Sequence record: PZ445498.1
Direction: 5' to 3' (one strand)
Source: a phage
DNA: 64,000 bases
Position 1 is the stretch's first letter. The number at the start of each line of letters is the position of its first letter. The position numbers were made by a program, and so were the translations under genes. Below are positions 44,939-53,960 of this stretch, piece after piece. Below the pieces are notes generated by a model. It worked only from the letters and a program-made list of their open reading frames with translations. It searched no databases and was not told the origin of the DNA.

Positions 44939-45015
44939 GTGGCTATATCATAATTGGTTAATGATCCTGATTGTGAATCAGGCCTATGTGGATTCGAATT
45001 CTACTAGCCACCCCC
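44939..45015 (+). tRNA. tRNA-His (anticodon GTG)
   Basis: Acceptor GTGGCTA/TAGCCAC, D stem TCAT/ATGA, anticodon arm CCTGA-TTGTGAA-TCAGG, T arm GTGGA-TTCGAAT-TCTAC, C73; 3' tail reads CCCA. Confidence 0.8.
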
Positions 45016-45022
45016 AAATATA

Positions 45023-45097
45023 GCGTCCTTATTTCAACGGAAAGAATGTAAAGCTACGAACTTTACGATCGGGGTTCGATTCCCTGAGGATGCACCA
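45023..45097 (+). tRNA. tRNA-Arg (anticodon ACG)
   Basis: Acceptor GCGTCCT/AGGATGC, anticodon arm TAAAG-CTACGAA-CTTTA, T arm CGGGG-TTCGATT-CCCTG, A73, CCA. Confidence 0.8.
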
Positions 45098-45121
45098 ATT
45101 AACTTAAACAGGAAATAAAAT

Positions 45122-45322
45122 ATGGCTGATTTCTGCAAAGAATGCTCTATTGATATGTGGGGAAGAGATACTGGTGATCTTTCTGGTCTGATTACAGAAG
45201 CCGAAGTTAAAGAAGGCTATGGTGCTGTTGTAATCTGTGAAGGTTGTGGCATTATCCGTGTTGATCATAATGGTAAACGTCTAGAAGAACCTGATCCAAT
45301 CGCCACGGTTCCTGTAGAATAA
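45122..45322 (+). CDS. hypothetical small Zn-binding protein
   Basis: 66 aa with CKEC and CEGC Cys pairs. Confidence 0.5.
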   Translation: MADFCKECSIDMWGRDTGDLSGLITEAEVKEGYGAVVICEGCGIIRVDHNGKRLEEPDPIATVPVE

Positions 45323-45330
45323 AAAATTAT

Positions 45331-45406
45331 TGGAGTGTAGCTCAACTGGCAGAGCGACGGTTTCTGACACCGTAGGTTTCTAGTTCGATCCTAGACATTC
45401 CAGCCA
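45331..45406 (+). tRNA. tRNA-Gln (anticodon CTG)
   Basis: Acceptor TGGAGTG/CATTCCA (U1-A72), D stem GCTC/GAGC, anticodon arm ACGGT-TTCTGAC-ACCGT, T arm TCTAG-TTCGATC-CTAGA, G73, CCA. Confidence 0.85.
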
Positions 45407-45412
45407 AACAAT

Positions 45413-45490
45413 TGGGGATTAGCTTAGCTTGGCCTAAAGCTTCGGCCTTTGAAGTCGAGATCATTGGTTCAAATCCAATATCCCCTGCCA
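45413..45490 (+). tRNA. tRNA-Gln (anticodon TTG)
   Basis: Anticodon arm TCGGC-CTTTGAA-GTCGA, T arm ATTGG-TTCAAAT-CCAAT, CCA; 1-72 is U-U and D loop is long. Confidence 0.7.
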
Positions 45491-45498
45491 AACAATAA

Positions 45499-45574
45499 GC
45501 GGTTAAGCACACGGGTTGTGCCGCAGGCCTTCCAAGCCCCGCTGAGTAGGGTTCGATTCCCTCTAGCCGCTCCA
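45499..45574 (+). tRNA. tRNA-Gly (anticodon TCC)
   Basis: Acceptor GCGGTTA/TAGCCGC, anticodon loop CTTCCAA on a weak stem, T loop TTCGATT, U73, CCA. Confidence 0.6.
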
Positions 45575-45591
45575 ACTTTAAGGAAACATTT

Positions 45592-45813
45592 ATGCACGTT
45601 TTTGAGTTTCGTGATAAAAGTAACAATAAACGAGTTATTGTTATTGGAGAAACATACCTAGCATACGAACAAACTGACGGCTCTGTTATCTTGAATGATG
45701 AGAAAGCAAATTTTAGCTTTTATCCAGAAGAACCTTATGAAGAGTTTCGTACTAAGTTTCTTTTACCAGACTGGCTAGCAGTAGCCGAGCAACTAGAATC
45801 CGAAGATGGCTGA
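45592..45813 (+). CDS. hypothetical protein
   Basis: 73 aa ORF right after tRNA-Gly. Confidence 0.5.
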   Translation: MHVFEFRDKSNNKRVIVIGETYLAYEQTDGSVILNDEKANFSFYPEEPYEEFRTKFLLPDWLAVAEQLESEDG

Positions 45814-45970
45814 TAACCTGAGACTAAAGGTTGACAAACAAAAGAAACGTGTAGAGATTGAGCTTGGTGACGAACGCCTAGCACTATCCTTCGAGTTTCT
45901 TCAGCAGTTGGCGATGACAGTAATGTCTGATAAGTCTCCTGTATTTGAAAAAGAAATCCCGTTGAAATGA
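45806..45970 (+). CDS. hypothetical small protein
   Basis: 54 aa ORF with ATGGCTGA start-stop overlap; below track cutoff. Confidence 0.35.
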   Translation: MADNLRLKVDKQKKRVEIELGDERLALSFEFLQQLAMTVMSDKSPVFEKEIPLK

Positions 45971-45980
45971 CGGGTTTATT

Positions 45981-46055
45981 GCTCCTAAAGCATTGCTGGC
46001 GATGCAGTTGCCTTGTAAGCATCTGAACTGGGTTCGACTCCTGGTGGGAGCACCA
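45981..46055 (+). tRNA. tRNA-Thr (anticodon TGT)
   Basis: Acceptor GCTCCTA/TGGGAGC, D stem GCAT/ATGC, anticodon loop CTTGTAA, T arm CTGGG-TTCGACT-CCTGG, CCA. Confidence 0.8.
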
Positions 46056-46070
46056 AATTTAAAAATTCAT

Positions 46071-46099
46071 TTGCCTTCTCTCTTATTTCTTGTTATAAT
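46071..46099 (+). promoter_or_regulatory. early promoter
   Basis: TTGCCT-17-TATAAT plus TATAAATTAATGAGAGGGAAACC leader. Confidence 0.7.
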
Positions 46100-46129
46100 A
46101 TTTATATAAATTAATGAGAGGGAAACCAA

Positions 46130-46423
46130 ATGAAACGTTATCTTTCTGTCGTGTTCCAAACTGGTGGTCAACGCTACACTTATGAATTTCCTGAGTCCTG
46201 GAAAATTAAAGAAGGTGATCAAGTTGTTGTATTAACACCTCGTGAAGGCTTCAAAGTAGTAACGGTTAAACAAGTCTTTCCAAAAGATCACGAACCATCT
46301 AAGTCTATTCAGTACAAGATGATTCACGGTCTGGTACGAAAAGTACCTAGAACAGAAGTCGAAGTAGATAAAACTGGGGAAGCTAAATACCAGTATACTT
46401 CTTACTTGGATGAAATGATGTAA
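46130..46423 (+). CDS. hypothetical protein
   Basis: 97 aa ORF after promoter 46071-46099; stop abuts tRNA-Ile. Confidence 0.55.
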   Translation: MKRYLSVVFQTGGQRYTYEFPESWKIKEGDQVVVLTPREGFKVVTVKQVFPKDHEPSKSIQYKMIHGLVRKVPRTEVEVDKTGEAKYQYTSYLDEMM

Positions 46424-46424
46424 T

Positions 46425-46500
46425 GCTCTGATAGTTCAACAGGTTAGAACAGGCGACCGATAATCGTCAAATCTTGGTTCGATCCCAAGTCGGAGTACCA
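46425..46500 (+). tRNA. tRNA-Ile (anticodon GAT)
   Basis: Acceptor GCTCTGA/TCGGAGT, D stem GTTC/GAAC, anticodon arm GGCGA-CCGATAA-TCGTC, T arm CTTGG-TTCGATC-CCAAG, CCA. Confidence 0.75.
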
Positions 46501-46506
46501 AATTAT

Positions 46507-46582
46507 AGTTAGTTGGCAGAGTGGTTATGCACCTCCTTCATACGGAGCGACTACAGTGGTTCAACTCCACTACTAACTACCA
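46507..46582 (+). tRNA. tRNA with CAT anticodon (Met or Ile-lysidine type)
   Basis: Acceptor AGTTAGT/ACTAACT, anticodon arm CTCC-TTCATAC-GGAG, T arm AGTGG-TTCAACT-CCACT, CCA. Confidence 0.7.
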
Positions 46583-46765
46583 AAGATAAGATCAGGCCTT
46601 TGTGCCAGATCTCTGTGTTTATTAAACTGAATGGGACTATCAATCCACAAGCCGGACTACGAGCGATTATCGGGTATTCACTTAATAAACAGCCTGCCTC
46701 CCAGTTTTTATCTTGCTTCTGGGTTAACAAAAAGCTGAGCCAAATTCTAACATCAGGGAGATCTA

Positions 46766-47134
46766 ATGAAAGCATATCAAAGTCTTAAGTCTGGCGTAAT
46801 TAACCTTGTTCATGATAACCAGATCATTCAGCTATATTCTAAAGATGGTGAACTTAAACAAAAGGTTCTAGTTGAAGATCTAGAGGGTATCACACCTCAT
46901 TTTGACCCTGAGGCCTTCCGCATTGTAGATGTAGAAGTGGTTCCTCAAGTCGAGGGTGGTCAGCACCTAAATGTCAATGTGTTAAGCCGTGATCAGCTTT
47001 TGGATGCACAGAAACATCTTGAAAAATATCCTCAGTTGACCATCCGTGTCTCTGGCTATGCTGTTCGATTTAACGCATTGACGCGTGAACAACAGAACGA
47101 CGTTATTAGTCGTACATTTACTCAGGCGATATAA
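46766..47134 (+). CDS. hypothetical protein
   Basis: 122 aa ORF with GGGAG RBS. Confidence 0.5.
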   Translation: MKAYQSLKSGVINLVHDNQIIQLYSKDGELKQKVLVEDLEGITPHFDPEAFRIVDVEVVPQVEGGQHLNVNVLSRDQLLDAQKHLEKYPQLTIRVSGYAVRFNALTREQQNDVISRTFTQAI

Positions 47135-47215
47135 TGGGGTTTGGATACGATTTCTCCCAACTACGCAAGGTAGTCGAGCAAACTCCATTTATCTCCCAAG
47201 TTTTAGGAGAAATGT

Positions 47216-47515
47216 GTGGATCGAGCAGTAAGACGCCATCACCGGCAACGTGTGAAAAACAATCGCAAGAAGTATTGGACAGTCTTCCCACATGAAGAAA
47301 GCCCTAAGAGGTTAGGCATTATCACTACCACTCCTTGCATCTGTTCTTGTTGGATGTGTGGGAATCCTCGCAAATACTATAAGAATAGTAAAGCAGGCAT
47401 GAAAATTTCGGAGATTAAAAAGATGGATGCAATGATTATGGGCATCACCTTTACAGGTGGTATCTCTGATGAATTCGACGGTTTTGTAACTCAGGATATT
47501 GTCGAAATTATCTAA
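47216..47515 (+). CDS. hypothetical protein
   Basis: 99 aa ORF; terminator hairpin follows. Confidence 0.5.
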   Translation: MDRAVRRHHRQRVKNNRKKYWTVFPHEESPKRLGIITTTPCICSCWMCGNPRKYYKNSKAGMKISEIKKMDAMIMGITFTGGISDEFDGFVTQDIVEII

Positions 47516-47525
47516 TTAATAATAA

Positions 47526-47560
47526 ACCCCAGCTATTGAATACGTAGTCTGGGGTTTTCT
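47526..47560 (+). terminator. rho-independent terminator
   Basis: Hairpin CCCCAG...CTGGGG followed by TTTTCTT. Confidence 0.65.
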
Positions 47561-47579
47561 TGTATATAGGATTTTCGAA

Positions 47580-47765
47580 ATGAAAATTTTTAAAGTGAAC
47601 TATAGCGGCCTGTGGTTAGGTGGTACAGCTATTGTTGTTGCGGAAACTGCGGAAGAAGCAATCGAACTGGCTAGAAATCATAGAAGTTCTATAGAATTCG
47701 AGAATGTGACAGCAGAAGAACTCCCTAGCAGTGGGGTAGTATACAACGATAACGGAGACTACTAA
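47580..47765 (+). CDS. hypothetical small protein
   Basis: 61 aa ORF. Confidence 0.45.
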   Translation: MKIFKVNYSGLWLGGTAIVVAETAEEAIELARNHRSSIEFENVTAEELPSSGVVYNDNGDY

Positions 47766-47824
47766 ATGTTATATTTTGAAGTTAGACCACATTAAGTTAC
47801 TTTAACAGACTTAATGGAGGTATT

Positions 47825-48178
47825 ATGAGCCGTACATATCGTAAACAATCGGGAAATCGTCACTGGCGTGATGCACATCGTTCTAAATTCAACTTTACTC
47901 TTGGGTACAATCGTCGTTTCTTTGCTTTGAAGGAGCCAGCAGTCCCGTATACTAGAGAAGAAGTTGAAAAGGAATTACAAGACCATATCATTAAATATGA
48001 GAAGAAGGATGGTTACAACTGGGATTCTATCAGCCAAGCCGTCAAGTGGCACTCTAACAAAATGGTTCGTCAAGGAAACCGTATGGAACTGCATCGTGTT
48101 ATGCAAGATCCGGAAAATTACGACTACAACTGCGATCATGACCTACGTAAGCGTGGGTTATGGTGGTGCTACGACTAA
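47825..48178 (+). CDS. hypothetical protein
   Basis: 117 aa ORF with GGAGG RBS. Confidence 0.5.
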   Translation: MSRTYRKQSGNRHWRDAHRSKFNFTLGYNRRFFALKEPAVPYTREEVEKELQDHIIKYEKKDGYNWDSISQAVKWHSNKMVRQGNRMELHRVMQDPENYDYNCDHDLRKRGLWWCYD

Positions 48179-48195
48179 TTTCGTAAATAATTCAT

Positions 48196-48224
48196 TTGCT
48201 AAAACCCTCTCCTTTTGATATAAT
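48196..48224 (+). promoter_or_regulatory. early promoter
   Basis: TTGCTA-17-TATAAT plus TATAAATTGATGAGAGGGC leader. Confidence 0.75.
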
Positions 48225-48254
48225 ATTTATATAAATTGATGAGAGGGCTTTGAA

Positions 48255-48536
48255 ATGAAAACTCGCCTAGACTGTGCTGTTCACGTACTTGAGCATGATG
48301 TTGTTGGGACTTGTATGTCTTATCATGAAGCAGGTAAAATGATTGTTAAACGTGTTGCTGATGTTTGTAGTTTGAAAATCACCGAAGATGAAGCAGACGA
48401 ACTGCTTGGACAGGCAATAGAGAAAACAGAAATTTTCTTGTGCGATTCTTGTTCTTGGTGGTGTGAAGCTCACGAACATTCTTTCAATGATTATGATGTA
48501 TGCCGTGACTGTAAAGAGGACGATGAAGATGAATAA
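48255..48536 (+). CDS. hypothetical Cys-rich protein
   Basis: 93 aa after promoter 48196-48224; CDSCSWWC and CRDC motifs. Confidence 0.5.
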   Translation: MKTRLDCAVHVLEHDVVGTCMSYHEAGKMIVKRVADVCSLKITEDEADELLGQAIEKTEIFLCDSCSWWCEAHEHSFNDYDVCRDCKEDDEDE

Positions 48537-48828
48537 GTTTATTATTGCTCTGGTAATTTCAGCAGTCAGTTTCGGTTCTCTGGCATCTACCAAAGTTTCT
48601 ATGAAGAATGGTAATGTTAAAGTTCAGCAGAATGGCATTACCACCGAATATGGTAAAGTACGTGGTGTAAAAGAACGTAATGGCAAAGTAGAAATATATA
48701 CTAATAAAAACTTCTCTACTCCGGCTGTTACTGTTAGTAAACGTGGTGAAATCACTACTCAACGTACTAATAGTTCTGATTCTTTTACTTGCCGTTATGA
48801 CTGCGGCTTTGAAGGTGAAGATGAGTAA
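48523..48828 (+). CDS. hypothetical secreted protein
   Basis: Signal peptide MKMNKFIIALVISAVSFGSLAS; start placed at ATG 48523. Confidence 0.5.
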   Translation: MKMNKFIIALVISAVSFGSLASTKVSMKNGNVKVQQNGITTEYGKVRGVKERNGKVEIYTNKNFSTPAVTVSKRGEITTQRTNSSDSFTCRYDCGFEGEDE

Positions 48829-49240
48829 TTTAGACCCTAGAATTAAACATGCAGTTGAAGAAATCCAAGATCAAATCGATGAGGATTTCACTGTTTGGTC
48901 AAGATTTGGTAATGGTGAAGGTTGTCAGCTTTATAGCATGAAAATGGGTATCTCGATTGAACTTAGTATCAATCCCGAGGGTAACGTAGAAGCCCAACCC
49001 CTGTTCAGTGTTCCAGGCTTCTCTGGATTTGTTATGGGCATGAAACTATGTCTACCAAATAAACATCTTTACCGTGTTATCTGTCAGCTAGAAACAATTA
49101 AACATTTCTTGCCAGAAGATAACATTAATGACTACTATCATGAAGTTGTAGCAGCTTACATGATGAAAGAACGCAAACGTCGGAGAGCAGAACGTGAAAG
49201 AGCTAAATCTCAACAGTCTAGTACAGATTCCAGCAACTGA
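48821..49240 (+). CDS. hypothetical protein
   Basis: Start ATG 48821 overlapping upstream stop. Confidence 0.5.
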   Translation: MSNLDPRIKHAVEEIQDQIDEDFTVWSRFGNGEGCQLYSMKMGISIELSINPEGNVEAQPLFSVPGFSGFVMGMKLCLPNKHLYRVICQLETIKHFLPEDNINDYYHEVVAAYMMKERKRRRAERERAKSQQSSTDSSN

Positions 49241-49487
49241 TGCTGTACTAGAATATCTTAGAAAGGATCATGTTAAATTCTGGACTGATTATAGCTACGA
49301 TCATAACTCAGATTTAGCTACTGATTTTGCAAATAAACGAATAGCTGAGTATAAAGATCCTAGAGTTAAAAATGGTATGATTACCTTACCACTTTGGGAT
49401 GTAATGGAAAAGTTTGGTAAAGATTTGTGCCCAGGTTGTATACCATTGTTTGTTACTATTCTAATTGACGAAAAGGATCTTAAATGA
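49194..49487 (+). CDS. hypothetical protein
   Basis: GTG start with GGAGAG RBS; overlaps upstream gene end. Confidence 0.4.
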   Translation: MKELNLNSLVQIPATDAVLEYLRKDHVKFWTDYSYDHNSDLATDFANKRIAEYKDPRVKNGMITLPLWDVMEKFGKDLCPGCIPLFVTILIDEKDLK

Positions 49488-49768
49488 TTATCTCTCCATT
49501 TGCTTTGTGGTTTGTTATTGGTGCAGTTGTCGCGATTTATAGCCTGATTGATGATCTGTATATCTCTAAAAATAAAGATGTTATTCTTTATGTTATAAAC
49601 AAATATCGTACACCAGAATTAGCAGAATTTGACGATGAAAAGATGTTCAAATTCATTATGTCAGGTATGCTTATTATGGACACCTTGTTCGGGCCAGTAG
49701 CTACTTATTTCTTCTTTCGTAAAACTCGTAAGATGAAAAAATTCCGTGCTGAAATGCAGAGCAAGTAA
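49484..49768 (+). CDS. hypothetical membrane protein
   Basis: Two hydrophobic helices. Confidence 0.5.
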   Translation: MIISPFALWFVIGAVVAIYSLIDDLYISKNKDVILYVINKYRTPELAEFDDEKMFKFIMSGMLIMDTLFGPVATYFFFRKTRKMKKFRAEMQSK

Positions 49769-49884
49769 AGAACTCGCGTAGGACCGAGTTGCGTCACCTG
49801 CAACTGTTACGGATAAGGGAGTCGTGCCCCTTAGTGCGGTAAGTGGTGAGTTGGTCGCGGACCTCAACTTTAACTGGAGATATC

Positions 49885-50232
49885 ATGAGCTTTATTTTAT
49901 TCATTGTAGCAGCATGGTTTATTATTGGTTTAGGCTATGCTATTGCAGTTATTCGTCATCTGGATGAATATTCTGCTGAATGGTTTATTAAGTACCTACG
50001 TTTAGACGATCAAGAATATGAGTTCGACAGTGATGAGGAAAGGCAGGCTGTCCAGTCAATGACTCCCAAAGAATGCTTGCTCTACATGCGTGTAATTGGT
50101 TTCTTTGGACTGTTGGTAGCAGGACCGCTAGGTCTTACTATTGCTCCTTACAAAGACGTTATTGACGACATTAAACTATGGAGAACCGCTGGATCGCTAC
50201 GTCGTGCTAGAGAATTAAGTAAACAAGAGTGA
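49885..50232 (+). CDS. hypothetical membrane protein
   Basis: Start ATG 49885 after GGAG RBS; hydrophobic N-terminus. Confidence 0.5.
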   Translation: MSFILFIVAAWFIIGLGYAIAVIRHLDEYSAEWFIKYLRLDDQEYEFDSDEERQAVQSMTPKECLLYMRVIGFFGLLVAGPLGLTIAPYKDVIDDIKLWRTAGSLRRARELSKQE

Positions 50233-50267
50233 TGATAATCACCTCCTAGCAAGAATAATAATGACAA

Positions 50268-50303
50268 AGCCCAGTCGCAAAATTGCAGGCTGGGCTATTT
50301 TTT
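50268..50303 (+). terminator. rho-independent terminator
   Basis: Hairpin AGCCCAG...CTGGGCT followed by ATTTTTTG. Confidence 0.65.
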
Positions 50304-50317
50304 GTAATAAAATTTCA

Positions 50318-50346
50318 GTTGCTCAGATGCCACAAGTATTATATAA
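50318..50346 (+). promoter_or_regulatory. early promoter
   Basis: TTGCTC-17-TATAAT plus TTTATAGATTGAGGCAAGAGG leader. Confidence 0.65.
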
Positions 50347-50378
50347 TATGTTTATAGATTGAGGCAAGAGGATTAAAT

Positions 50379-51059
50379 ATGAGAATTATTAGTAAATGGG
50401 CAGATGTATACGATTTGCAGAACAGCTTGTTTGACCCCGATCGTGCTTGGGAGCGTAAAACTGAAGAGCTAACAATAAAGGCTCCAGATGATGGCAACTA
50501 CATGATTATGCAAGAACGTATGATTGCTCGTGTTGGTGAAAAGAAAGGCTATTTTAAAATTCTACCGTTTTTCCTAGCAGGAGAGATTTATTGGATGTAC
50601 CATATTGATGTATTGGATACTCAAGTAAAAACTTTCAATCTAGACAAAGCATTAGAAGTTTTGAAAGAGAATGGATGGTCAACGGGATTTTCTCTACTAG
50701 ATATAAATAGAGGAAAGCCAAAAGAATCTATTCTATCCTGGCAAGAGGAAGTTACCTCTAAAGCTGAAGAGGCCTTAGCTGAGTTAAGAGTACCTTTAGC
50801 GGTTCTAGACTCAGTAGTTCCAAATGATAAAGATAGTAATAAGTATTTCAAGGTTATAACTAACCCACGCCTACATCTATCAGGTATTCCGTGGCAGGAA
50901 GTTGAAAGCAACTTATACCGATTACACCAGAGAATTGAACAATATATCTGGGGCGTACTTGGAACAGGAGAACCAGATATTATTACCATTTCTGATAAAG
51001 ACCGCCTAGCAGCACATGGATTTGATACGGTTACGTCATTCAGGAATATGAAAAGATGA
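50379..51059 (+). CDS. hypothetical protein
   Basis: 226 aa ORF after promoter 50318-50346. Confidence 0.55.
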   Translation: MRIISKWADVYDLQNSLFDPDRAWERKTEELTIKAPDDGNYMIMQERMIARVGEKKGYFKILPFFLAGEIYWMYHIDVLDTQVKTFNLDKALEVLKENGWSTGFSLLDINRGKPKESILSWQEEVTSKAEEALAELRVPLAVLDSVVPNDKDSNKYFKVITNPRLHLSGIPWQEVESNLYRLHQRIEQYIWGVLGTGEPDIITISDKDRLAAHGFDTVTSFRNMKR

Positions 51060-51499
51060 TAAAAAACTTTATTAGTTCTCTATGGCAAGGTAAGTGGTAT
51101 ATCCTGGGAGCTGGTCTTGCGATAGGTATCGGATTCGGTGCTTATCATTTAGTAAATAAGGTCGAAACTTTAGCGGGAGATCTTGCAGTTGCGACTAAAA
51201 AGATCTCCACTCTAGAGACTTCTCTTAATAAAGTGAAAACTGAGAGTGAACTTCGTGAGACTCGAATGAACCAGTATTTTACAATGAATAATATTTCGCA
51301 AGCAGATCTAGACAAAAAGATTAAGCAGTTAGATAAAGCTCTTAGTCGTCAAGATGTTATTGCTGCAAAGCCTGGATTGGTAACATTAATTGCTAAAAAG
51401 CAGAATAAAGAGTTCGAGGAAAGATTAGCATGTTTAACTGGAAACTTGGAGTACTGCTCGCAGCCGCAATCACAATCACAGGCTGTGCAGAAGAAATAA
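51056..51499 (+). CDS. hypothetical membrane-anchored coiled-coil protein
   Basis: N-terminal TM helix then coiled-coil. Confidence 0.5.
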   Translation: MIKNFISSLWQGKWYILGAGLAIGIGFGAYHLVNKVETLAGDLAVATKKISTLETSLNKVKTESELRETRMNQYFTMNNISQADLDKKIKQLDKALSRQDVIAAKPGLVTLIAKKQNKEFEERLACLTGNLEYCSQPQSQSQAVQKK

Positions 51500-51783
51500 A
51501 ACCGGAGCCATCCCATGAGTTAAAGCAAGCTCATGTAGATTGGCCTAAAGTACTTCAGCCGTGTAGCTTTGATTTCAAATTCGAAAAGAAATTAGCTACA
51601 AATGGTGAAGATGGCGTAGTAGTTGTTGTACCTTACAAAGATTGGAATGCAAAAGCAAAATGCGAGGAAGCAGTTTACTCTTACATTTCACGACTGACCG
51701 GTATGGTTTGCTTCTATCGTCAAGATTTACAAGAAAAACGTTGCTTAGTTTATTATCCACCCATTACAAATAGGAAAGATTAA
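51430..51783 (+). CDS. hypothetical lipoprotein
   Basis: Lipobox ITGC after signal peptide. Confidence 0.5.
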   Translation: MFNWKLGVLLAAAITITGCAEEIKPEPSHELKQAHVDWPKVLQPCSFDFKFEKKLATNGEDGVVVVVPYKDWNAKAKCEEAVYSYISRLTGMVCFYRQDLQEKRCLVYYPPITNRKD

Positions 51784-52535
51784 TGTCAGTATTAGTCGGT
51801 TTACATGGTGAGGCTGGTGCGGGAAAAGATACCGTTGCAGAATTAATGATTGACTGGTGTAATGACACGTTCCCAACGTGTTCATCCCGTCGTTATAGTT
51901 TTGCTAAACCCGTTTACGAACTTGCATCCGTAATCCTTGGGGTAACTCCAGAGTTTCTGGGAGAGCGCAGGGGAAAAGAGATTGACCAATGGTTTACAGT
52001 CACACAATCTCAATTGGAGCGAGCTAGAGACGTATGGTTTAAGTATGGTATCGATAAGTTTGAGGACTTCTCGTACGTTTGGCCGATATTTGAAGGAAAA
52101 TACCTTGATCCTCAGCAGTTAATTGGGCAAGCTGATGATGCGCTGTATAGCGTATTTATCTCCCCAAGAAAAATGCTACAGCTTGTAGGTACTGAGTTAG
52201 GAAGGCAGCTGGTGCATGAACGCATTTGGCTCATAATTCTGGAGCAATCCATCGATAAAGACGACCCAGACGTCGCAATAGTTACCGATGTGCGTTTCCC
52301 CAATGAGGGAGAACTAATCATGGAAACCAATACTCTAGATATGGATTCCATGCTTATTAAGGTTGAATCTGGTATTACTAATAAGTATCGCATCGAGACA
52401 GATCATCCGTCTGAAAGCGGTATTCCTGAAAAATACATTTCTCATAAATTTGAGAATACCTTCAACGGACTTGATGCACTTCGTACCGATGTGTACCACT
52501 TCTGTGACTTAGAGCTAGAACCACTAGTTGGATAA
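51783..52535 (+). CDS. dnk: deoxynucleoside monophosphate kinase
   Basis: P-loop GEAGAGKDT at N-terminus and VTDVRFPNE motif resembling phage dNMP kinases. Confidence 0.65.
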   Translation: MSVLVGLHGEAGAGKDTVAELMIDWCNDTFPTCSSRRYSFAKPVYELASVILGVTPEFLGERRGKEIDQWFTVTQSQLERARDVWFKYGIDKFEDFSYVWPIFEGKYLDPQQLIGQADDALYSVFISPRKMLQLVGTELGRQLVHERIWLIILEQSIDKDDPDVAIVTDVRFPNEGELIMETNTLDMDSMLIKVESGITNKYRIETDHPSESGIPEKYISHKFENTFNGLDALRTDVYHFCDLELEPLVG

Positions 52536-52547
52536 TTAAGGATCACT

Positions 52548-53147
52548 ATGACTAACAAGAAAGAAGAAAAGACTAACCTGTTTCACACTGTTCGCCAATC
52601 TAATGAGTATACCTTTTTCTTTGACGAAGAGTTAGGCTCACCGGATGAGTATCGTGATCTATCAATGATACTTATGCAGGCTGGTGAAGATGATGAAATT
52701 AATCTGATGATTAATGGGCCTGGTGGTTATGTTGATACTGCTGCACAGCTATCTAACCTAATCGCTAACTGTCGTGGAACGGTTATTGGACACCTGCTCG
52801 GTCCTAGTGCTTCTGCTTACTGCACAATCTTCCTATCTTGCCACGGTTGGGTTGTACATCCACATGCTACGCTTATGGGGCATACGTTCTCTGGCGGATT
52901 CTGTGAGAAAGGTCAAGAAATCAAGAAAGCCTATGAATCCTACAACCAGTTTGTAGAAGATATGATGCTAGATATTTACTTTCCGTTCTTCTCTGTAGAC
53001 GAAATCGAGGACATGGTAAAAGAGAATAAGAATATCTATCTCAACAGCAAAGAAATCAATAAGCGTATTGAAATTTTGGCGAATTATCGTAAAGAGCAGT
53101 GTAGTAAAGCTCAAGCCCCGCATCCAGAAGAACATGGAGAAGTGTAA
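52548..53147 (+). CDS. ClpP-like serine protease
   Basis: INGPGGY and GPSASAY(Ser) segments align with ClpP active-site region; His and Asp downstream. Confidence 0.55.
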   Translation: MTNKKEEKTNLFHTVRQSNEYTFFFDEELGSPDEYRDLSMILMQAGEDDEINLMINGPGGYVDTAAQLSNLIANCRGTVIGHLLGPSASAYCTIFLSCHGWVVHPHATLMGHTFSGGFCEKGQEIKKAYESYNQFVEDMMLDIYFPFFSVDEIEDMVKENKNIYLNSKEINKRIEILANYRKEQCSKAQAPHPEEHGEV

Positions 53148-53156
53148 GTAGTTTTA

Positions 53157-53190
53157 AGCCAGAGTTTAACGACTCTGGCTTTTCTTTTGC
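53157..53190 (+). terminator. rho-independent terminator after ClpP-like gene
   Basis: Hairpin AGCCAGAG-TTTAACGA-CTCTGGCT followed by TTTCTTTT. Confidence 0.7.
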
Positions 53191-53250
53191 CTAAAATTCT
53201 TCTTGACAACGACAAAAAATTGTGCTCCAGAAGTGATCTTAAAAAACACA

Positions 53251-53279
53251 TTGTAATTTTACTCTAGAATTAGTATAAT
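53251..53279 (+). promoter_or_regulatory. promoter
   Basis: TTGTAA-17-TATAAT, with an additional TTGACA at 53203-53208; GAGGAGG RBS and GTG 53304 follow. Confidence 0.55.
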
Positions 53280-53303
53280 GGTAGTGGTTAGAGGAGGTTA
53301 CAA

Positions 53304-53960
53304 GTGGAAAAGTTTATACAACTATTAACGATACTGCTACAAGAAGCGAAAGATCCAGCTTCGCTACTAAAACGTCTGCTAACTATCTTAGTTGCTGTCA
53401 TTATTTTCTTGTTTGTAAGTAACACTAGCGAGGTGATGTCATTTTTAAAGACTTTCTCCACGTCTTCGGTTTTACAGGATGTTCAAACCCAAAGGATAGA
53501 TAACTTTCCTAATGTAGCACGAGAAAAGAGTATGATTCTTTTCTCCCAGACTGGTGCGGATGCCGTTTTTGTAGTAAAATATAAACCAGATGCTATAAAT
53601 GATTATTCAAACATTATTGCATGGGAAAGCAATGCGCAATTGGATAGGGCTGACTTGGCCGATAAAGCAGTAAATAAGACGTCTGAACTTTATAGACGTC
53701 ACCTGGAAGGCTTTAACTACGCTGCGGATTTAAGTGTAAAAGTAAATAAATATACTGGGTCAAATATACCAGCATTTAAGAACATTACTTTTAATTACGT
53801 CTACACTTGTCCATATTTCAACCTAAATAATATCTATGCTGGATACATAGGTATTGCATGGAAGGATAAACCCGTAGATACAGCTGATTCGGAACAATTT
53901 AATGAGTACTTAGCAAAGCTCTGTTCCCCACAACGGAGATCATTAGGTAGATCTATATGA
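53304..53960 (+). CDS. hypothetical membrane-anchored protein
   Basis: GTG start after GAGGAGG RBS; N-terminal TM helix. Confidence 0.5.
   Translation: MEKFIQLLTILLQEAKDPASLLKRLLTILVAVIIFLFVSNTSEVMSFLKTFSTSSVLQDVQTQRIDNFPNVAREKSMILFSQTGADAVFVVKYKPDAINDYSNIIAWESNAQLDRADLADKAVNKTSELYRRHLEGFNYAADLSVKVNKYTGSNIPAFKNITFNYVYTCPYFNLNNIYAGYIGIAWKDKPVDTADSEQFNEYLAKLCSPQRRSLGRSI

Noticed and set aside
37400-46600. CRISPR array or other tandem-repeat array in the repetitive tRNA/promoter region
   Set aside because: The repeated units are tRNAs and promoters of varied length with non-uniform spacing; no direct repeats with unique spacers
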